Positions 38,101-51,906 of a stretch of DNA of 64,000 nt are shown piece by piece. The notes beneath the pieces are model-generated. The model had not been told where the DNA came from, did no database searches, and saw only the letters and a list, made by a program, of their open reading frames with translations. Source of the DNA: Haliotis cracherodii (lineage: Eukaryota); NCBI RefSeq assembly GCF_022045235.1, contig NW_027266264.1, positions 9,238,001 to 9,302,000 on the forward strand, read 5' to 3'. A program made the translations under genes and the position numbers. Within the stretch, counting starts at the first letter, position 1; each line of letters starts with the position of its first letter.

Positions 38101-41100
38101 TCAGATCTTAGTTTTTACTACCGCTAAAGAAAGATCATGCAACCTTGAAAAGGACACCAGAAATGGGCTTCACACATTGTACCCATGTCGGGAATCGAAC
38201 CTGGGTCTTCGGCGTGACGAGCGAACGCTTTAACCACTAGGCAACCCGACCGCCCAGTACATTAATAAACCACTTAAACCACATATTATGAAGGTATAAC
38301 AGATGGACATTGCTATTTACCTCTCCATACTGCGGTCTCTCAAACTTGTAGAGCAGCTGTGTGCCCAGCATAACATTGAAGTACTCCTGGATACCATGGG
38401 ACATTTCAATCACAGCGTCTCTGTACAACAGAGGAAACAAGTGATTTGAAACCTCTCATTGGCCAATCAGAAGCAGGTATTTTCCAAAGTCATCAATGGT
38501 CATGGACTCATGGCCACAGCTACATGTACCAGCAAAATATAGCTGAGTGCAAAAATTGTCATAGTCGATTTATAATTGTCCAGTTTCAGGAAACAATGTT
38601 AATGACAAAATGAGTGGGGAGGAATTGTTGGCAACGTTTCAGCAAAATCATTACCCGTGAATGGCTTTCACACACTGCCCATGTAAAGTGAGTGAGTGAG
38701 TATGGTTTTACGCCGCTTTTAGCAATATTCCAGCAATATCACGGCAGGGGACACCAGAAATGGGCTTCACAATTTGTACCCATGTTGGGAATCGAACCCG
38801 GGTCTTCGGCGTGACGAGCGAACGCTTTAACCACTAGGCTACCCGACCGCCCCGCCCATTTTAGGAAAATTGAAGTTTAAGAACTTGAACAGCCAAGCCA
38901 ATAGCCATTTGTGTGGGCATGGGTGCGACCCTGTGCCATGTGGTGCAAGTTGGTATCATCTCCTACACAATACATCAACCAGGTTTTGTGAATAGAATTT
39001 GTATCCTAATATCTCCTTGGTATCCTGAAGTCTCCTTCACTCTTCCAATTGTGCGTTAGTATTAACATGATCATTTATGAAAAACATTTCAAGTGAATAA
39101 ATGAATGAATGTTGTTTAATGGCATAGTCAGACGTGTTCCAGCATTCTAAAATTCAATGAAGCAACTGAGATTAAGACGTTATATTAGATCTCCCAATAC
39201 AATGTAAGCTCTAAGACAGAGCACAAAACATTTCTTCCATAAAAATAATTATTTTCATTATCTCCCATTAAAAACTAGTTTCAATACCTACTGAGCAAAC
39301 ACACTTCCTGTTATTTCTGTAACAGACAGTTGCCAAGTATGTCGTCTATTTATGACATGAGCATCATGTATTTGGTTGTTATAACTTAGATCGTGCGAGA
39401 GATGAAAACATATTTCAGGTTCGAAATTACCTTGCGTTATTTCTCGGCCTGCACATGCTGCCCCTTGTCAATACGAGCGGACAAGTGGAGTTTTAGGCCC
39501 CGGTTAGAAGAGAGTACTTACTTGTTGGGGTTATTGGCCTTGGATGTTTTTGTCTTCACGTACTCATCCAAGATATTTTCAACTGTCTGCCTGGCTGGGA
39601 GAGTGACCAGCTGAAACACATGAGTATAGATGTTACATACAGCCTACATAGCAGGATATGTCAAACCTCATAACCTTCTGGGTTAACCTTCCCGTTTTAA
39701 CTTTGGAATCAACTTGTAACAACGATGCATGATATCTGATGTGCTTACCAAGTTTCATCAAGAAATATTGAATGGGTAATGCTCCCTAAAGTACTACTCC
39801 CTTAGACTTGCAAAAGAGTGAGTGAGTATGGTTCATGTGCATAGTTTCACAAAGAAATAATAAACATTTTATGAGTTTTACACCAGAAACAAAGCCAACC
39901 CTTATCCGAACCCAAGTCCATCTTGTTGCCCATGAAATGAACATAAAAAATTAAACTTCCAAACATTCTTGCATAGCAAAATGCACTAGATCTGTGAGTG
40001 AGCGAGATGATTTTAAGCCACCAGCCATATGCGTCACAATAAGTCATGTACCAGGGGTGTTTAATTGGTATGCCCGACTTGCCCTAAAAGTGAAAGTAAA
40101 GTGCCTGGCAAGTGGGAACAATATCCTTTGATTTACCTTGGGCAAGTGCAATTATCGGTAGTGTCAACTTAGAAGATGCATCAGTACCCATGTGGGGAAT
40201 CGAACCCATGTCTGACAAGCTATCTCTTTAACCACTGGTCTATCCATCATAGTTTTGTCACCCCATGTCACGAGACAAAACTGGTTAGGTAGGCTGCTGC
40301 AACAACTAATCTCTTCACACATGACCCAGACATGACTATCTTAGTTCTGACCATTTTCTGTCTAGTTATCAGGTCCCAGTCATCAACCAGCCATTGCTTC
40401 AGCTCCTCGGGGACGCGGATCTTCACCTCAATCTTTGACGTGAACGACTCATCCTGGAATATTGGACAATTCAGTTAAACAGGCAGATCAAAAGGCATTT
40501 GTGTTAGGGTGCAAAATAGGACACACTATCTACATCTATTCCAGACCTATGTAAGCTTAATGGGTGAAGATTGTGGGCGTCTGGATGAGATTATAGGCTG
40601 ACTAAATTGACCGGATTGTGTGGATCAATGCTCATAATGCAAATCACTGGATTGTCTGGTCCAGACTCAATTATTGACAGACTGACATCATATAGCTGGA
40701 ATATTGCTGTGTGCAGCGAAACCAAACAATCAAGTGACTGACATCATGCGTATCTATCCACACAATTCGGATATGATGACATGCAATCAAACATGTTTTT
40801 GAGCCTGACAACATGATCCGTTTAGTCAGCTCTTAGGCTGTTGTGAACGGTATTCTTACTCGGAATCCACATGGACGGGTTCTATAATACACTAGCCTTT
40901 TGAAGTGAGTGAGTGAGTATGGTTTTACGCCGCTTTTAACAATATTCCAGCAATATCACGGCAGGGGACACCAGAAATGGGCTTCACACATTGTACCGAT
41001 GTCGGGAATCGAACCCGGGTCTTCGGCGTGACGAGCGAACGCTTAAACCCCTAGGCTACCTGACAGCCCCCCGGCCTTTTGAAATCATTACTAGCCAGTC

Positions 41101-44100
41101 GATAATGTTGTTTCTAATGGAACCATTGAGATATCTGACATCACATCATAGACATGCATGAAAGCAAGAAAAGATTTCTAAATCCTAATTTGTATTGACT
41201 TACCGATTCTACAGTGGCATCTGTTCTGGCTCTTTTTCTCTTTGGTTCCGGGGCAGGGGTTGGTATCTCTGCTTTAGGGGGGTCCACTGCGGGAGGAGGA
41301 GGGGGCGGTACAGGTGTGGACGTACCTGAAGGTGTGAGACAAATGCAATCAGTTCATCAAATCACTGAGTAGACTACCATTTAGTACTACAGCAGTTGCA
41401 TATTCAGTGGCCATCTTCACAGAAAATGTTGATAGACATTACAAGACATGTCAAACGCATCTAAACATAAACTGCTTTAGTGAGTTTGGTTAAACACGGC
41501 TTTGAACAATATTTTGGTCATGTCACATCATGTCGTATGAGAGGACTGACTGACTGAGTATGGTTTTACGCTGCTTTTAGCAATATTCCAGCAATATCAC
41601 GGTGGGGGGCACCAGAAATGGGCTTCACACATTGTACCCATGTCGGGGAATCGAACCCAGGTCTTCAACGTGACGAGCAAACGCTTTAACCACAAGGCTA
41701 CCCAGACCACCCCTTTATGAGAGGAAGCCACCTGATGCAGGTCGTAGCTGCTTAGGGCCACCTGATCAACAGTAAATAGACTCAAACAGAGGAGCTTATT
41801 CATTCTGCCACTATTTCTTGTATTGAACCATCACTGCTGCGGGGGTGATCTCCCCATGTCAACAAATCAGCTTGCCCTATATCGACAGAAGAGCTTGTGA
41901 TTGTGGACACACTATAGATGCGGTACTCATTTAGTAAACATGGTGTATGCATAGATCCCTTGGCAAGCTCAGAAGTACTGTTTGTCTTCCAAGTGAATGT
42001 ATACGGCTAACTCCGCCATCAGTAATATCAAGGTAGTCAGTAATATTCACACTATAATCAAGGTAGTTGGAAATATCCACACTCTATCAAGGCAGTCTGT
42101 AATATCCACACTATAGCAAGGTAGTCAGTAATATTCGCTATATCAAGGTAGTCGTTAATATCCGCACTATACCAAGGCAGTCGGTAATATCCACGCTATA
42201 TCAAGGTAGTCAGTAATATCCGCACTATATCAACATGATCAAGGTAGTTGTTAATATCCATACTATTTCAAAGTAGTTGTTAATATCCACACAATATCAA
42301 GACATGTCTATAATATCCACACTATATCAAGACCTGCCTATAATATCCACACTAAATCAAGGTAGTTGGTAATATCCACACTATATCAAGGTAGTCCGTA
42401 ATATCAACACTATATCAAGACCTGTCTATAATATCCACACTATATCAAGGTAGTTGGTAATATCCGCACAAAATCAAGGTAGTTGGTAATATCCGCACAA
42501 AATCAAGGTAGTTGGTAATATCCGCACTATATCAAAGCAGTCAGTAATATCCGCACTATATCAAGGCAGTCCGTAATATCCACACTATATCAAGGCAGTC
42601 TGTAATATCTGCACTATATCAAGGCAGTCCGTAATATCCACACTATATCTAGGTAGTCTGTAATATCCACACAATATCGATCTTCCTGATGCAAGAGCAT
42701 CCACTAGCCTTTTTATCAAAGTCTTGTTTCCACCCTTACCAAATCAAGCCCACTTTCCTGTGCTAAATATAATTTGACTATCGCACATATCAACAGTCCA
42801 ATCAGAGAAAGTTTCACAAAATCAACATCCATGACAGGTTCACTTTTGTATGGAAGTGATGTACCGCTGCCTGGCTTTGCTGACACGACTATGATTTTTC
42901 TGTTTGAGATGAAATCACGAATGTTTTCGTTGTCTGATCGACTACGTCGTTGTCTATGGTAGTTGCCATCTTTGTGCAGCGATACAAGATAAGAACAGCA
43001 ACCTGATTGGATATTACGTTATCATTACAAGGCGCACAACTCGTGATCTACGAGACATGGCACCAGGGTCAAGCCAAGAAAAGTGGCCTAGATGTGGCAA
43101 GGGTAGAAACTAGGCTTTGATATAGGCTGGTGGACACGCTTGCCTCAGGAAGATGCACTGTATCAAGGTAGGAGGTAAATATTAACACAATCTCGAGGCA
43201 GTCACAAACCCACCTACTGTATATATTCAATACTTAGAGGTAGGATATGCAGTACCTGATGTTTGTTCTTTCCCTTCCTTGGCTGTGGTGTTATTGACCT
43301 TCTGTTTCTGTTTTTCATTGGAGGGTGTTGAGGCTCTCTCCTTGTCTTTGTCTTTATCCTTATCCTTGTCTTTCTCTTGTTTCTTGGCCGTTTCTTTTTC
43401 CATCCGCTTCGCCGCTCGCAGCTTCTTGTTGGCAGCTCTGTGAACACCATCTCTCTTAGTGTATCATCTCAACATGTTTGCATCTAAGCTGACATAACAC
43501 ATGTTCGCAATGCACAGGCTCTGGTGACATAGATTAACATGATTGCAATGAAAAGCAACTTAAGTATGTGTCTGTTTGTTGCTGTGTGCAGCACTCAGCT
43601 ATATTCCATCAATATGACGGTGGTCTGAAACAATCCATACTGGACCCGACAATCCAGTGATTGGCATGATGCACATTGATCTACACAATAGGGATACAAT
43701 GACCTGCATCAACCAAGTCAGCGATTCTGACCACTCTATCCTGTTTGTCGCCTCATACTGCAATCACAGGCTGCAGAGGACCAATGCTTACCCAGATCTT
43801 CACAGGGCCCTATGATGCTTAAACAATACTTTCATATTCACAATATAATGACAGTTGTCTCTGAGAAACTGAACTAACATGCTGTTCATATGTAAATTTC
43901 ATAGGAATACCAAGAAGTCAAAAGTAAATAATTAATCTTTGCTATCAAATGTCAGTGTTACACCATGGCAAGATCAGGAAGATTAGACTTGATACTGGCT
44001 TACTGGCAATAATCTTAAAAATGTGAATGAGCCAATAACAATACTAACTGGGATCAACTCAAACTAACATCACAAATATGTATTGAGGTGAGGTGAGGTG

Positions 44101-47100
44101 AGGTGAGGTGAGGTGAGGTGAGGTGAAATGGGGTTTAATGTCACGTCCAAGATTATTGCACTTATATAGCGACGTGTATGTACGTGTGTGCAGGGTTAGA
44201 AACTAACAGTTTTTGTCCACTAGTCCTTATAATGATAACATATAGCAAAACCCTTAAAATGGGCCAATTTCTACAAGTCCTTATGATACCTTTACTATTG
44301 GGCAGTTTGGTAAGGACTACAGTGCCAATTTCTAACCTGGTGTGAGTTTGTGTGGCTGCTTGTACTAGTCCGGACTGATGCAGATTTATAGTGCTAGCTC
44401 ACTGAGATACCATGCCGCAGTTTAACATGAATACCCCACTCAGACACAGTATACTGACTTCGAGCCAACCAGTCCTTGTTTTAGCCCCTTAATGCCGAGC
44501 GCCAGACAGGTTAACAAGTACCATCTTCTAACGTCTTTTGGTATGACGCGGCCGGGAAATATGTATCGAAAATTAAAGTGCATCACAAGGCCAGGTATGA
44601 TGTTGTCCTGCACAAGGGAACAAACAAAAATGTCAGCCTTTCAAGGCAACTAGCTGTTGATTTAATCATCCAAAACTGGCTCCCACAGGAGATATCACTT
44701 GGGAGAAATCAACCAATATATCCAAGGAGATATATTTGAAAATACACAGCTATAGCTTCTCTATCTGTCTGTTGTTCTGATGGTGTTGGTTTGAGAGACT
44801 ACACAGACTACACAGAAGACAGTCATGTTTCCAGCTTACAGATTATTCTCAGATGTTGACGTGGGAACATACATACCCATGAGCTTTTAATAATTCTTTC
44901 TGTTTCTGCAAACTAGCTTCATTGAATTTGAGAACTCGACTTTCGGGCACCCATTCGTCCCAGCTGAAAGAAAACCAGAGTGGTTGTAGTCATTATGATA
45001 AACATATCTTACTGATCTTTGCAATCCCTAGACATATCACAGTAAATATAAAAGACATCCCTTAACTATGTTAGGCCATTTAGACAGTGTGAAGCATTCA
45101 AAGAACAGACAAAAAGGGACATTAAGAACGGTAGACCGATGGCTCATGGCTATGAAAATTCTGATCGGTCTACGATGTGAGAAACCAAGCTAGACTGATT
45201 GTCTATGATGATTAAATTGTAGCATCAGGTAGAATATAGCAGAAATCTGCTTACACATTATAACATTCAGACTTGTTTCATCTCATTGATTTGACAAACT
45301 CTATTCCCGTAGACCGATGGCTCATGGCTATGAAAATTCTGATCGGTCTACGATGTGAGAAACCAAGCTAGACTGATTGTCTATGATGATTAAATTGTAG
45401 CATCAGGTAGAATATAGCAGAAATCTGCTTACACATTATAACATTCAGACTTGTTTCATCTCATTGATTTGACAAACTCTATTCCCGTAGACCGATGGCT
45501 CATGGCTATGAAAATTCTGATCGGTCTACGATGTGAGAAACCAAGCTAGACTGATTGTCTATGATGATTAAATTGTAGCATCAGGTAGAATATAGCAGAA
45601 ATCTGCTTACACATTATAACATTCAGACTTGTTTCATCTCATTGATTTGACAAACTCTATTCCCAACAAGAAATATGTTTAAAAAGAGTCTCTAATTCTT
45701 GCATTAAAATCTTTTCAAGGGATGCATGTCCCTGTGCTTCCTTTGAGGATTGAATGGTTTTGCATGTTGGGTGGTCCACACACAGACACACAAATCTTGG
45801 CACAGTGATCTGGAAACCAATCTCACTGAAATCAGATCTTAGTTCTCGCTACTGCTAAACAAAGATCTGAGGACATCCCATTAGGGGTCACATCAGAACA
45901 ACCTTTCATCCAACCAATCAGAGCGTCGCTTACCAGATCATGAAAGTGATAGTCGGAATGTGATTTCGAATCATGCAACCTCGAAAACTTTAACACTGGG
46001 TATTCTGAACGATAGTTAGGGGCTTAACGACTGAATCCATACAATCTAGACCATCTATTAGCCATTCCAGAAGGTTTAAATTTTTTAATAAAAAATTTGT
46101 CAAAATATGTTTCGAAGCGTAGTCGTCAATTTGATATCAGTGCAGTAAAGCATGAGAAAGCTGCCTTCTGATTGGCTAATGTCTACTTCCTGTCAATCAT
46201 TTCATTGTTCGGTCAAAGTTTGCGCAAGGTCGGTCTGACGTGACCAGTAATGGGATGTCCTCAGATCTTTGTTTAGAGGTACCGAGAACTAAGATCTGAT
46301 TTTAATGAGATTGTCTTGAAACAAAAATCAAATTGAAAATACACACAAAATATTCTTGTTTACAACAGAACTGGAAGCTTAGGCATGTTAACTATACGCA
46401 TATTCTGCTACAGTAAAGTACGGTTATAACGAACTCAAAGGGACTACTAAATTTAGTTCGTTATAACCGTAGTTCGTTATAAGCATATACACAGCATAAC
46501 TAAAGCAAATAGTCGGGACCAAAAAGTAAGTTCGTTATATCCGTCAGTTCGTTATAAGCGTGTTCGTTATAACCGTAGTTTACTGTACTTCTAACTCACT
46601 TTTTGTTCCATCCGTTGTAATGGATGAAATAGCGGGTGATCTTCTCTTTCACTTCATACTTGACACACTGGAAGAAAACCAAGCATACATTTAACTGTCA
46701 CTGAACACTGCACATACAGTGACTGCAAGACACTTAACCATGCTAACTTGTTCAAGCCGCACACTATCTCCATAACCATGATAACAAGCAGATTTCTTGG
46801 AACCTCCAGAAATTGTAAAATAGTTGGCTTGAAGTTCAATCAGATATCAGCAAAATCATCTTGTTGAAAATTCATGAAAAATACTGCTCACACACTGTCA
46901 TCTGGGCCTAAATCAACTGTTTAGTGAGTGAGTGAGTGAGTTGGGTTAATGCCACTTTTAACAGTATTCCAGTTATACCACAGCGTCTCAGCTTAATGTG
47001 GGAGGAAAGCCCGAAGTGATGCAGGTGTTAGACGCTTACCACTTCGGTGAAACCCACGAGCATGGGTATGGTGCTGGAAAACCCGGTAACATAATCGTGG

Positions 47101-49521
47101 CGAACTGGGATTTGAACCCACAATCACGGATTTCTGGCATGCCTAGGGGACGCAACTCTGCACAGTGAATTGTGGCACCTTAGACTACTGGGCCACCTGT
47201 GCCCCCTGCTCAATAGAAGTTAAAGAAAACCCGGTTTATTTCATATGGCTACAGTCAATCTGTCATGGTATGACAGATTAACGTTAGTCATATACAAAAA
47301 AATCAGGTGTTCTTCAAAAGTTTCACTACTTTGGAGTAGTATATGACAAATTCAAGCATTTGACTGGAAAGGTAAAGTCAGGTCAGGTTTTGGGGATGTG
47401 GTAATGTTTGTAATATAAACAGATGATAAAAATACAATGATGACTGGTCAGATGCAATAAAAATCTCAGGGTTGGGTAAGTTGTTGGAGACTCAGCTATG
47501 TCAAGAGGTGAGTATACCTCGTCATGTTAATTCCTATCTATTCAGCAGCTGATAGGCCTCTTTTATTAAATATATGTTTGACAAATATATCTCTTTTTTT
47601 CAAAGTCATGGACATTAAATAAAAAATAAACACATGAAAACATAGAAGCTGTTAGGTGACAAGGCTGCTTGGAGTATTGCTTTGTGTGACAACTGAAAGA
47701 GTTACTTCCCTTCCCATATTAACCTTGTTGTTATTGCTGAAACATTTACAGACGCTGCAGTCAGAAAAAGAAACTCTTCTTAAATTAAATGTCATTAAAC
47801 AATGGTATTTATTGTGAAATGTTTGGTCATCTGATCTGTGAACTGACACCATGTAAAGAATTAAATGGAATTTATGTAAATAAAACATGCTTATCTTTGT
47901 GATGACTTATAATAATGGCAGAAGGGGTACCAGTCAAATCAGACCAGATGAACAGGTCATAATGGACCATTTCTCTTGTCAAACTGTGTGTGGGTGATTG
48001 ATGTTTACAGCTGTACAAAGCATTACTCTAGCTTTAAGACGGGGCCTGCAAATAATCGAGATTCAAATCTCGGCCAGACAAAGCAGTGATTGATATTACG
48101 GAGGATTGAGACCATCTAAACAGAGCTACAGATAAGCCACGTATTTGCGTAAATTACCCCCCCAAAACTATTCAAAACCCAATTACTTTCATTAAACTTG
48201 CGTACAGAATAGCATGCATAAAATAAATAACTCAATTGTTTGAAAACAGCAGGCGTAAATACCCAATGAAGCTTTTCCAGTATGCGTACAACAGGGCTAC
48301 TTTACTTTCCGAGTCAAGCATATATTTAGAACCGTTATATACATTTCATTTTTTAAAATCTCAAAATGCTTACTCATCTTGGAAAAAAACAACATAGAGG
48401 GATGAATAGAAGAGTGAAAAAAATATTGGTTACCCAATGAAAAATGTAAAAACCAAATTAAAATAGAAACCTTCAAGTAAAAACTCAATTGCTCAAAATG
48501 TTATTTGATTTACACATACATTAGCTGTAGGGTTGGCCATGCCCATGTTGCAAGTTCTTCTGTCTGCATGATTCTGTGTTTAAGTAAAATGATTACCATG
48601 AGGGATTCTCAAGGAAAATTTGGCATCATGATTGTACTATAATATTCAATTAGTCATACAAACCTTAGCTTCATACAGGAGGGGTCCATGGAAGCACAGC
48701 ACCTTTTCTCCTTTTAAAAAAAACAGAAAGCAACATTTTAATAATCTAAAATGAAGGGCCTCATGAACATCACCCACAGTTCAACTCAGTCCTCTTAGTT
48801 ACTGACTTGCCCCATGCAGTGATGATTATCTATCATCCAGGGCTGCACTCCTGTTAATTAAGTCAATACTGGTATGATACTCTATTCCGAAAAAAACAGT
48901 TAATGCATTTAAAATATGTAAAATAGTTTGAAATGGCTTGTGACTATAAATAGCTTGCAGTTCCAGAGTGAATTTCAAAGTGACACCCAAATATAAAGTA
49001 TCCTGTCAAGATGACATATCAAAGAAGGTATACAAATGCCCCTGAAATGTGTTCATTGAGATTGCATGGTGCAAACATGTATATACAGTAGAACATGGAT
49101 ATACAAAATGCAACCGTAAATGTAGATATAGATAACGAGAATAAACCTTTCAAAAACGTTTTAAGGTGACATAAGACCACATGAGTCGGAAATCAGAACG
49201 ACCCGTTTAACATATGCCACTATTATATCTTATTTGGGTTTATGAGTATTCACCTATCAAACTTTGTATCTGAACTTCTTAGGCCCATAAAGCAATTATT
49301 AATTGTTACATGCATCCAAACGACTACCAAACAGTTTCATTAGTAACGCAGTTTCACGATGATTTTACACTTTGAGTTTGTGAACACTGCTCAACAAAGT
49401 TGAAACACCCCCCTCCAATATCGTGCACGAAAACTGGATTTCAATATCTTCGAAAGTTTATTCCACCATATTTTGTAAATTCAAGTACATTACCATCTTG
49501 GAACTTCATTTTGGGCGGCAT
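35196..49521 (-). CDS. MORF4L1: MRG15 / mortality factor 4-like 1 (chromo-barrel plus MRG domain), 354 aa
   Basis: 12 phase-consistent exons: 49521-49494, 48710-48664, 46667-46600, 44963-44877, 43437-43256, 41325-41204, 40453-40352, 39610-39522, 38420-38321, 37898-37829, 37502-37418, 35280-35196. Peptides: [107 protein letters not shown]. Confidence 0.96.
35387..35670 (-). mobile_element. tRNA(Leu)-like SINE family 2 with extended A-B box spacing
   Basis: Minus strand reads ggggcacgggtggcccagtcgtctaaggcgc...gtgggttcgaatccc, with an (actc)n tail and 14-bp TSD gatgccacataaga. Degenerate copies at 14832-14955, 34138-34380, 52255-52460 and ~61700-61950. Confidence 0.85.
36001..36758. repeat. 36-37-bp minisatellite, ~21 copies, in the last MRG15 intron
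   Basis: Unit agatccaccagtgccctagtctccaacttaaccccc. Confidence 0.97.
38152..38254 (-). mobile_element. SINE family 1, partial
   Basis: Reverse complement of the head and part of the body. Confidence 0.85.
38688..38853 (-). mobile_element. SINE family 1
   Basis: Full reverse-strand copy with (gagt)n tail. Confidence 0.9.
40905..41072 (-). mobile_element. SINE family 1
   Basis: Full copy; TSD gccttttgaa. Confidence 0.9.
41546..41713 (-). mobile_element. SINE family 1
   Basis: Full copy; TSD tatgagagga. Confidence 0.88.
42020..42678. repeat. ~29-bp minisatellite, ~22 copies
   Basis: Unit aaggtagttggtaatatccacactatatc; one more unit after 43155. Confidence 0.93.
42679..43155. mobile_element. 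MITE family D (catcttcctgaggcaag ends, ~78-bp TIRs, 9-bp TSD)
   Basis: atcttcctgatgcaagagcatccactagcc...cacttt is inverted to aaagtggcc...gcttgcctcaggaagatg. Inserted into a minisatellite unit (cacaatatc/cactgtatc). Confidence 0.8.
43573..43806 (-). mobile_element. Retroposon family 3
   Basis: Diverged full-length copy. Confidence 0.75.
44085..44557 (-). mobile_element. 5'-truncated mollusc SINE with (gaggt)n tail, interrupted by MITE C (44191-44339)
   Basis: gtgctagctcactgag...ccccactcagacacagtatactgacttcgagccaaccagtc...tggtatgacgcggccggga resembles widespread mollusc V-domain/RUDI-type SINEs (from memory). Confidence 0.6.
45131..45664. repeat. Perfect tandem triplication of a 178-bp unit
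   Basis: Units start at 45131, 45309 and 45487; no differences seen. Confidence 0.97.
45818..46313. mobile_element. MITE family A
   Basis: Co-linear with 1434-1932; TSD tctggaaac/tcttgaaac. Confidence 0.9.
46411..46585. mobile_element. MITE family B, 14 bp from an MRG15 donor site
   Basis: TA-cagtaaagtacggttataacgaac ... gttcgttataaccgtagtttactg-TA. Confidence 0.88.
46924..47205 (-). mobile_element. SINE family 2
   Basis: Co-linear with 35387-35670. Confidence 0.85.
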
Positions 49522-49800
49522 TGTTGACTGCAAAATACGTTGTCCCAAACACTATGTCAACAAAATGTATAAATATTGAACTTGTTTCTTTCTTTCTTTT
49601 CGATGCCGCCAAATGCATGTAGTACCTGTAAATATTGTGTCCTACGTCATCAATTTATGTGTACGTTTACTTGTCGGAACTCTTCGTTTTGTGCAATAAA
49701 CTCGAAACGTACGGATATGCCCGAGACAAACCGATTGTTTGTTTGGGTTTTGGTCTCAGGTGAAACGGAAATGAGATAAATACCAGTAGGTAATATTTAA
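49522..49800. promoter_or_regulatory. Putative bidirectional promoter, MRG15 / FBXW2 (with probable non-coding first exons)
   Basis: CpG-retaining patch. Minus-strand acceptor at 49528-49530 and candidate donor near 49624. Plus-strand candidate donor (tag|gtaat) near 49790. The FBXW2 ATG exon has a clear acceptor at 52715, which implies an upstream 5' UTR exon. Confidence 0.5.
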
Positions 49801-50339
49801 TATATTAACCATTAATGTGAAGAAATTTAATGTCATGATTAATTTTAATGCTCCTGAATTTTGTGTTATTTATCAAAATGAAGAGAATCACCTTTATAAA
49901 CATGACCCGTTGGTACATATTCAACTGTTGCAGACTAATGACAGTAAACTGTTGTGTGAACATATGATTGTAGTCCTTTATACTGTATAGGCCTATATTT
50001 TATACAATAAGGTCTACAATAAACTATGGTTATAACGAACTCAAAGGGACTGCTAAGTTTAGGTCGTTATAACCAAAGTTGATTAAGGGCACATTTACAG
50101 CATATATAGGCCTACAGCAAATGGCCTGGACATAAACAAGTTTGTTATATATCCGTCGTATATTATTTGCTGATTTAATGAGTGAGCAATGTTCAGTCGT
50201 TATCGCCTTGCTAAGTTTGGATATTTGTGACTGTGGGCATACCTGGCAGTGCTGCCTTGGTAAAAGTTGACCTTAAGACAACAAAGAATTGTTAATTACT
50301 CAGGATTACATCTGATCAATGTACTGACAAGAGCTAATT

Positions 50340-51260
50340 CGACTTTATCAGCTGTAGGAAACTTGAACATGGCCGAACTAGAGCACGATTCTTTACTTCA
50401 GCGTTCTGGCTCAGCAGGGAGATTGGTCCTTGACAACATCTACTCCAAATGGAACCCATCAAGAAGCTGCTACTTGCATTAGAAATGCATGATATGGAAC
50501 TCAGGACACAAATTGCGGTGATGCAGAAGGAAATTTCAGTCGCCTAAAGCTAAGCAGCAAGTTACTGGAGCTGCTGCATGTGTGCCCACTTTATGCTCAA
50601 CAAAGAACATGTGGCGATTATAAGTGTTGGGGTGCAGCTGCTCGAAACGTTCAATCTGCTGGATTTATGGAGACTGTCCCAACTACAGGATACGGCGGAC
50701 GCACATACAGATCGGAGCATGTGACAAGCTGGTGGTGGAGTCGGCTGGCTGGCGATGGTAAGAACCCTAGTACCATGAAGTCGGGGAGAGACACTAAGCT
50801 CATGGATAGAGTCCCTCATCCACAGCTCTGGCCACACGTGCATTTCACCCAACAGATTGTCAACAGAAATGTCAGCTATGATGACCTGAGCGATGGTAAG
50901 AACCCTAGTAGCATGAAGTAGGGGAGAGACACCAAGCTGATGGATAGAGTCCATCATCAACAGCTCTGGCCACATGTGCATTTCACCCTACAGATTTTCA
51001 ACAGAAATGTCAGCTACGGCGACCTGACCCTCCCTCAGTTTGTTGCGGGTGATATGGACATTCTGGGACAGTTACCACCTGGAAGCCTGGAGTTGTTACA
51101 CTGCATTAATCGCCTCCAGGACCTTATGTACTAACCTTGTTCGTTTCCATGGACAGCAGTACTGGACTTCCACAGTGCCTTCATCATGGAAATCGAATGT
51201 GGACGCAGGGAGTGAGGCAAATCATTTCATTATATTGACACACACCTATTCTCATAGAAA
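50340..51260 (+). pseudogene. Decayed gag-like ORF of a DIRS/Ngaro-type retroelement with a 138-bp internal duplication
   Basis: MKSGR..V..QLWPHVH..VSYDDL/TLPQFVAG..IL..LQDLMY*PCSFPWTAVLDFHSAFIMEIECGRRE*G, a pattern I associate with tyrosine-recombinase retroelement ORF1. Duplication 50752-50889 / 50890-51027. Confidence 0.55.
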
Positions 51261-51906
51261 CAGTTCATGGAGCACACTGGAACCAGCGCGGACTGCCCAC
51301 ATTACCAGGAGGGACAGTTAAGACCCCAGGATAAAATCTTCTACCCTTGACTAACCCCTGGCTTTGCCTCCAACGTTCCTGTCATTACAGAATTGCCCAT
51401 CCCGTCTTGTCGGGATTGTATTTACCCTGACAGCACACTAATCATCTCGACCTACACTGATACGCCTGACATTGCCCAAGAAATCGCCAAACCAACGTTT
51501 TTGTCTCACCAAATCCTCCTCAGAAGGAGGACCACCATGCTATATACAAAAGTGTGTCTTGGCTTTCCAGATGGATTCGATAAGGACTCCCCCCGCCCCC
51601 CCATCCATGTATGTGCACATGCATAGTAGAACAGTGGTTGAGGTGGTAGATGTGGCTTGCAGAGGTGCAGCCATAGCCGTGACAGGAGCTGAACCCCAGT
51701 TATGATCGTCCTATAACCGATTTGATGGGTTTACCAACATGGCACTCTTGCATGCCTTCACAACCTGCATACCTTCTGTCTTTCCTGCCACATCAAGCTG
51801 TGATGTAACTTAATGACTTTTCAGTGCATCAATAAGTCCACCTCACTCACTTACTGAGTTTTCACTACTTTATCAATAATGCCTTTCAGCTTTATACATG
51901 GAAAAT

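Noticed and set aside
43214-43450. Basic K/R-rich ORF in the ORF track
   Set aside because: An alternative frame of MRG15 exon 5, whose spliced frame reads [11 protein letters not shown].
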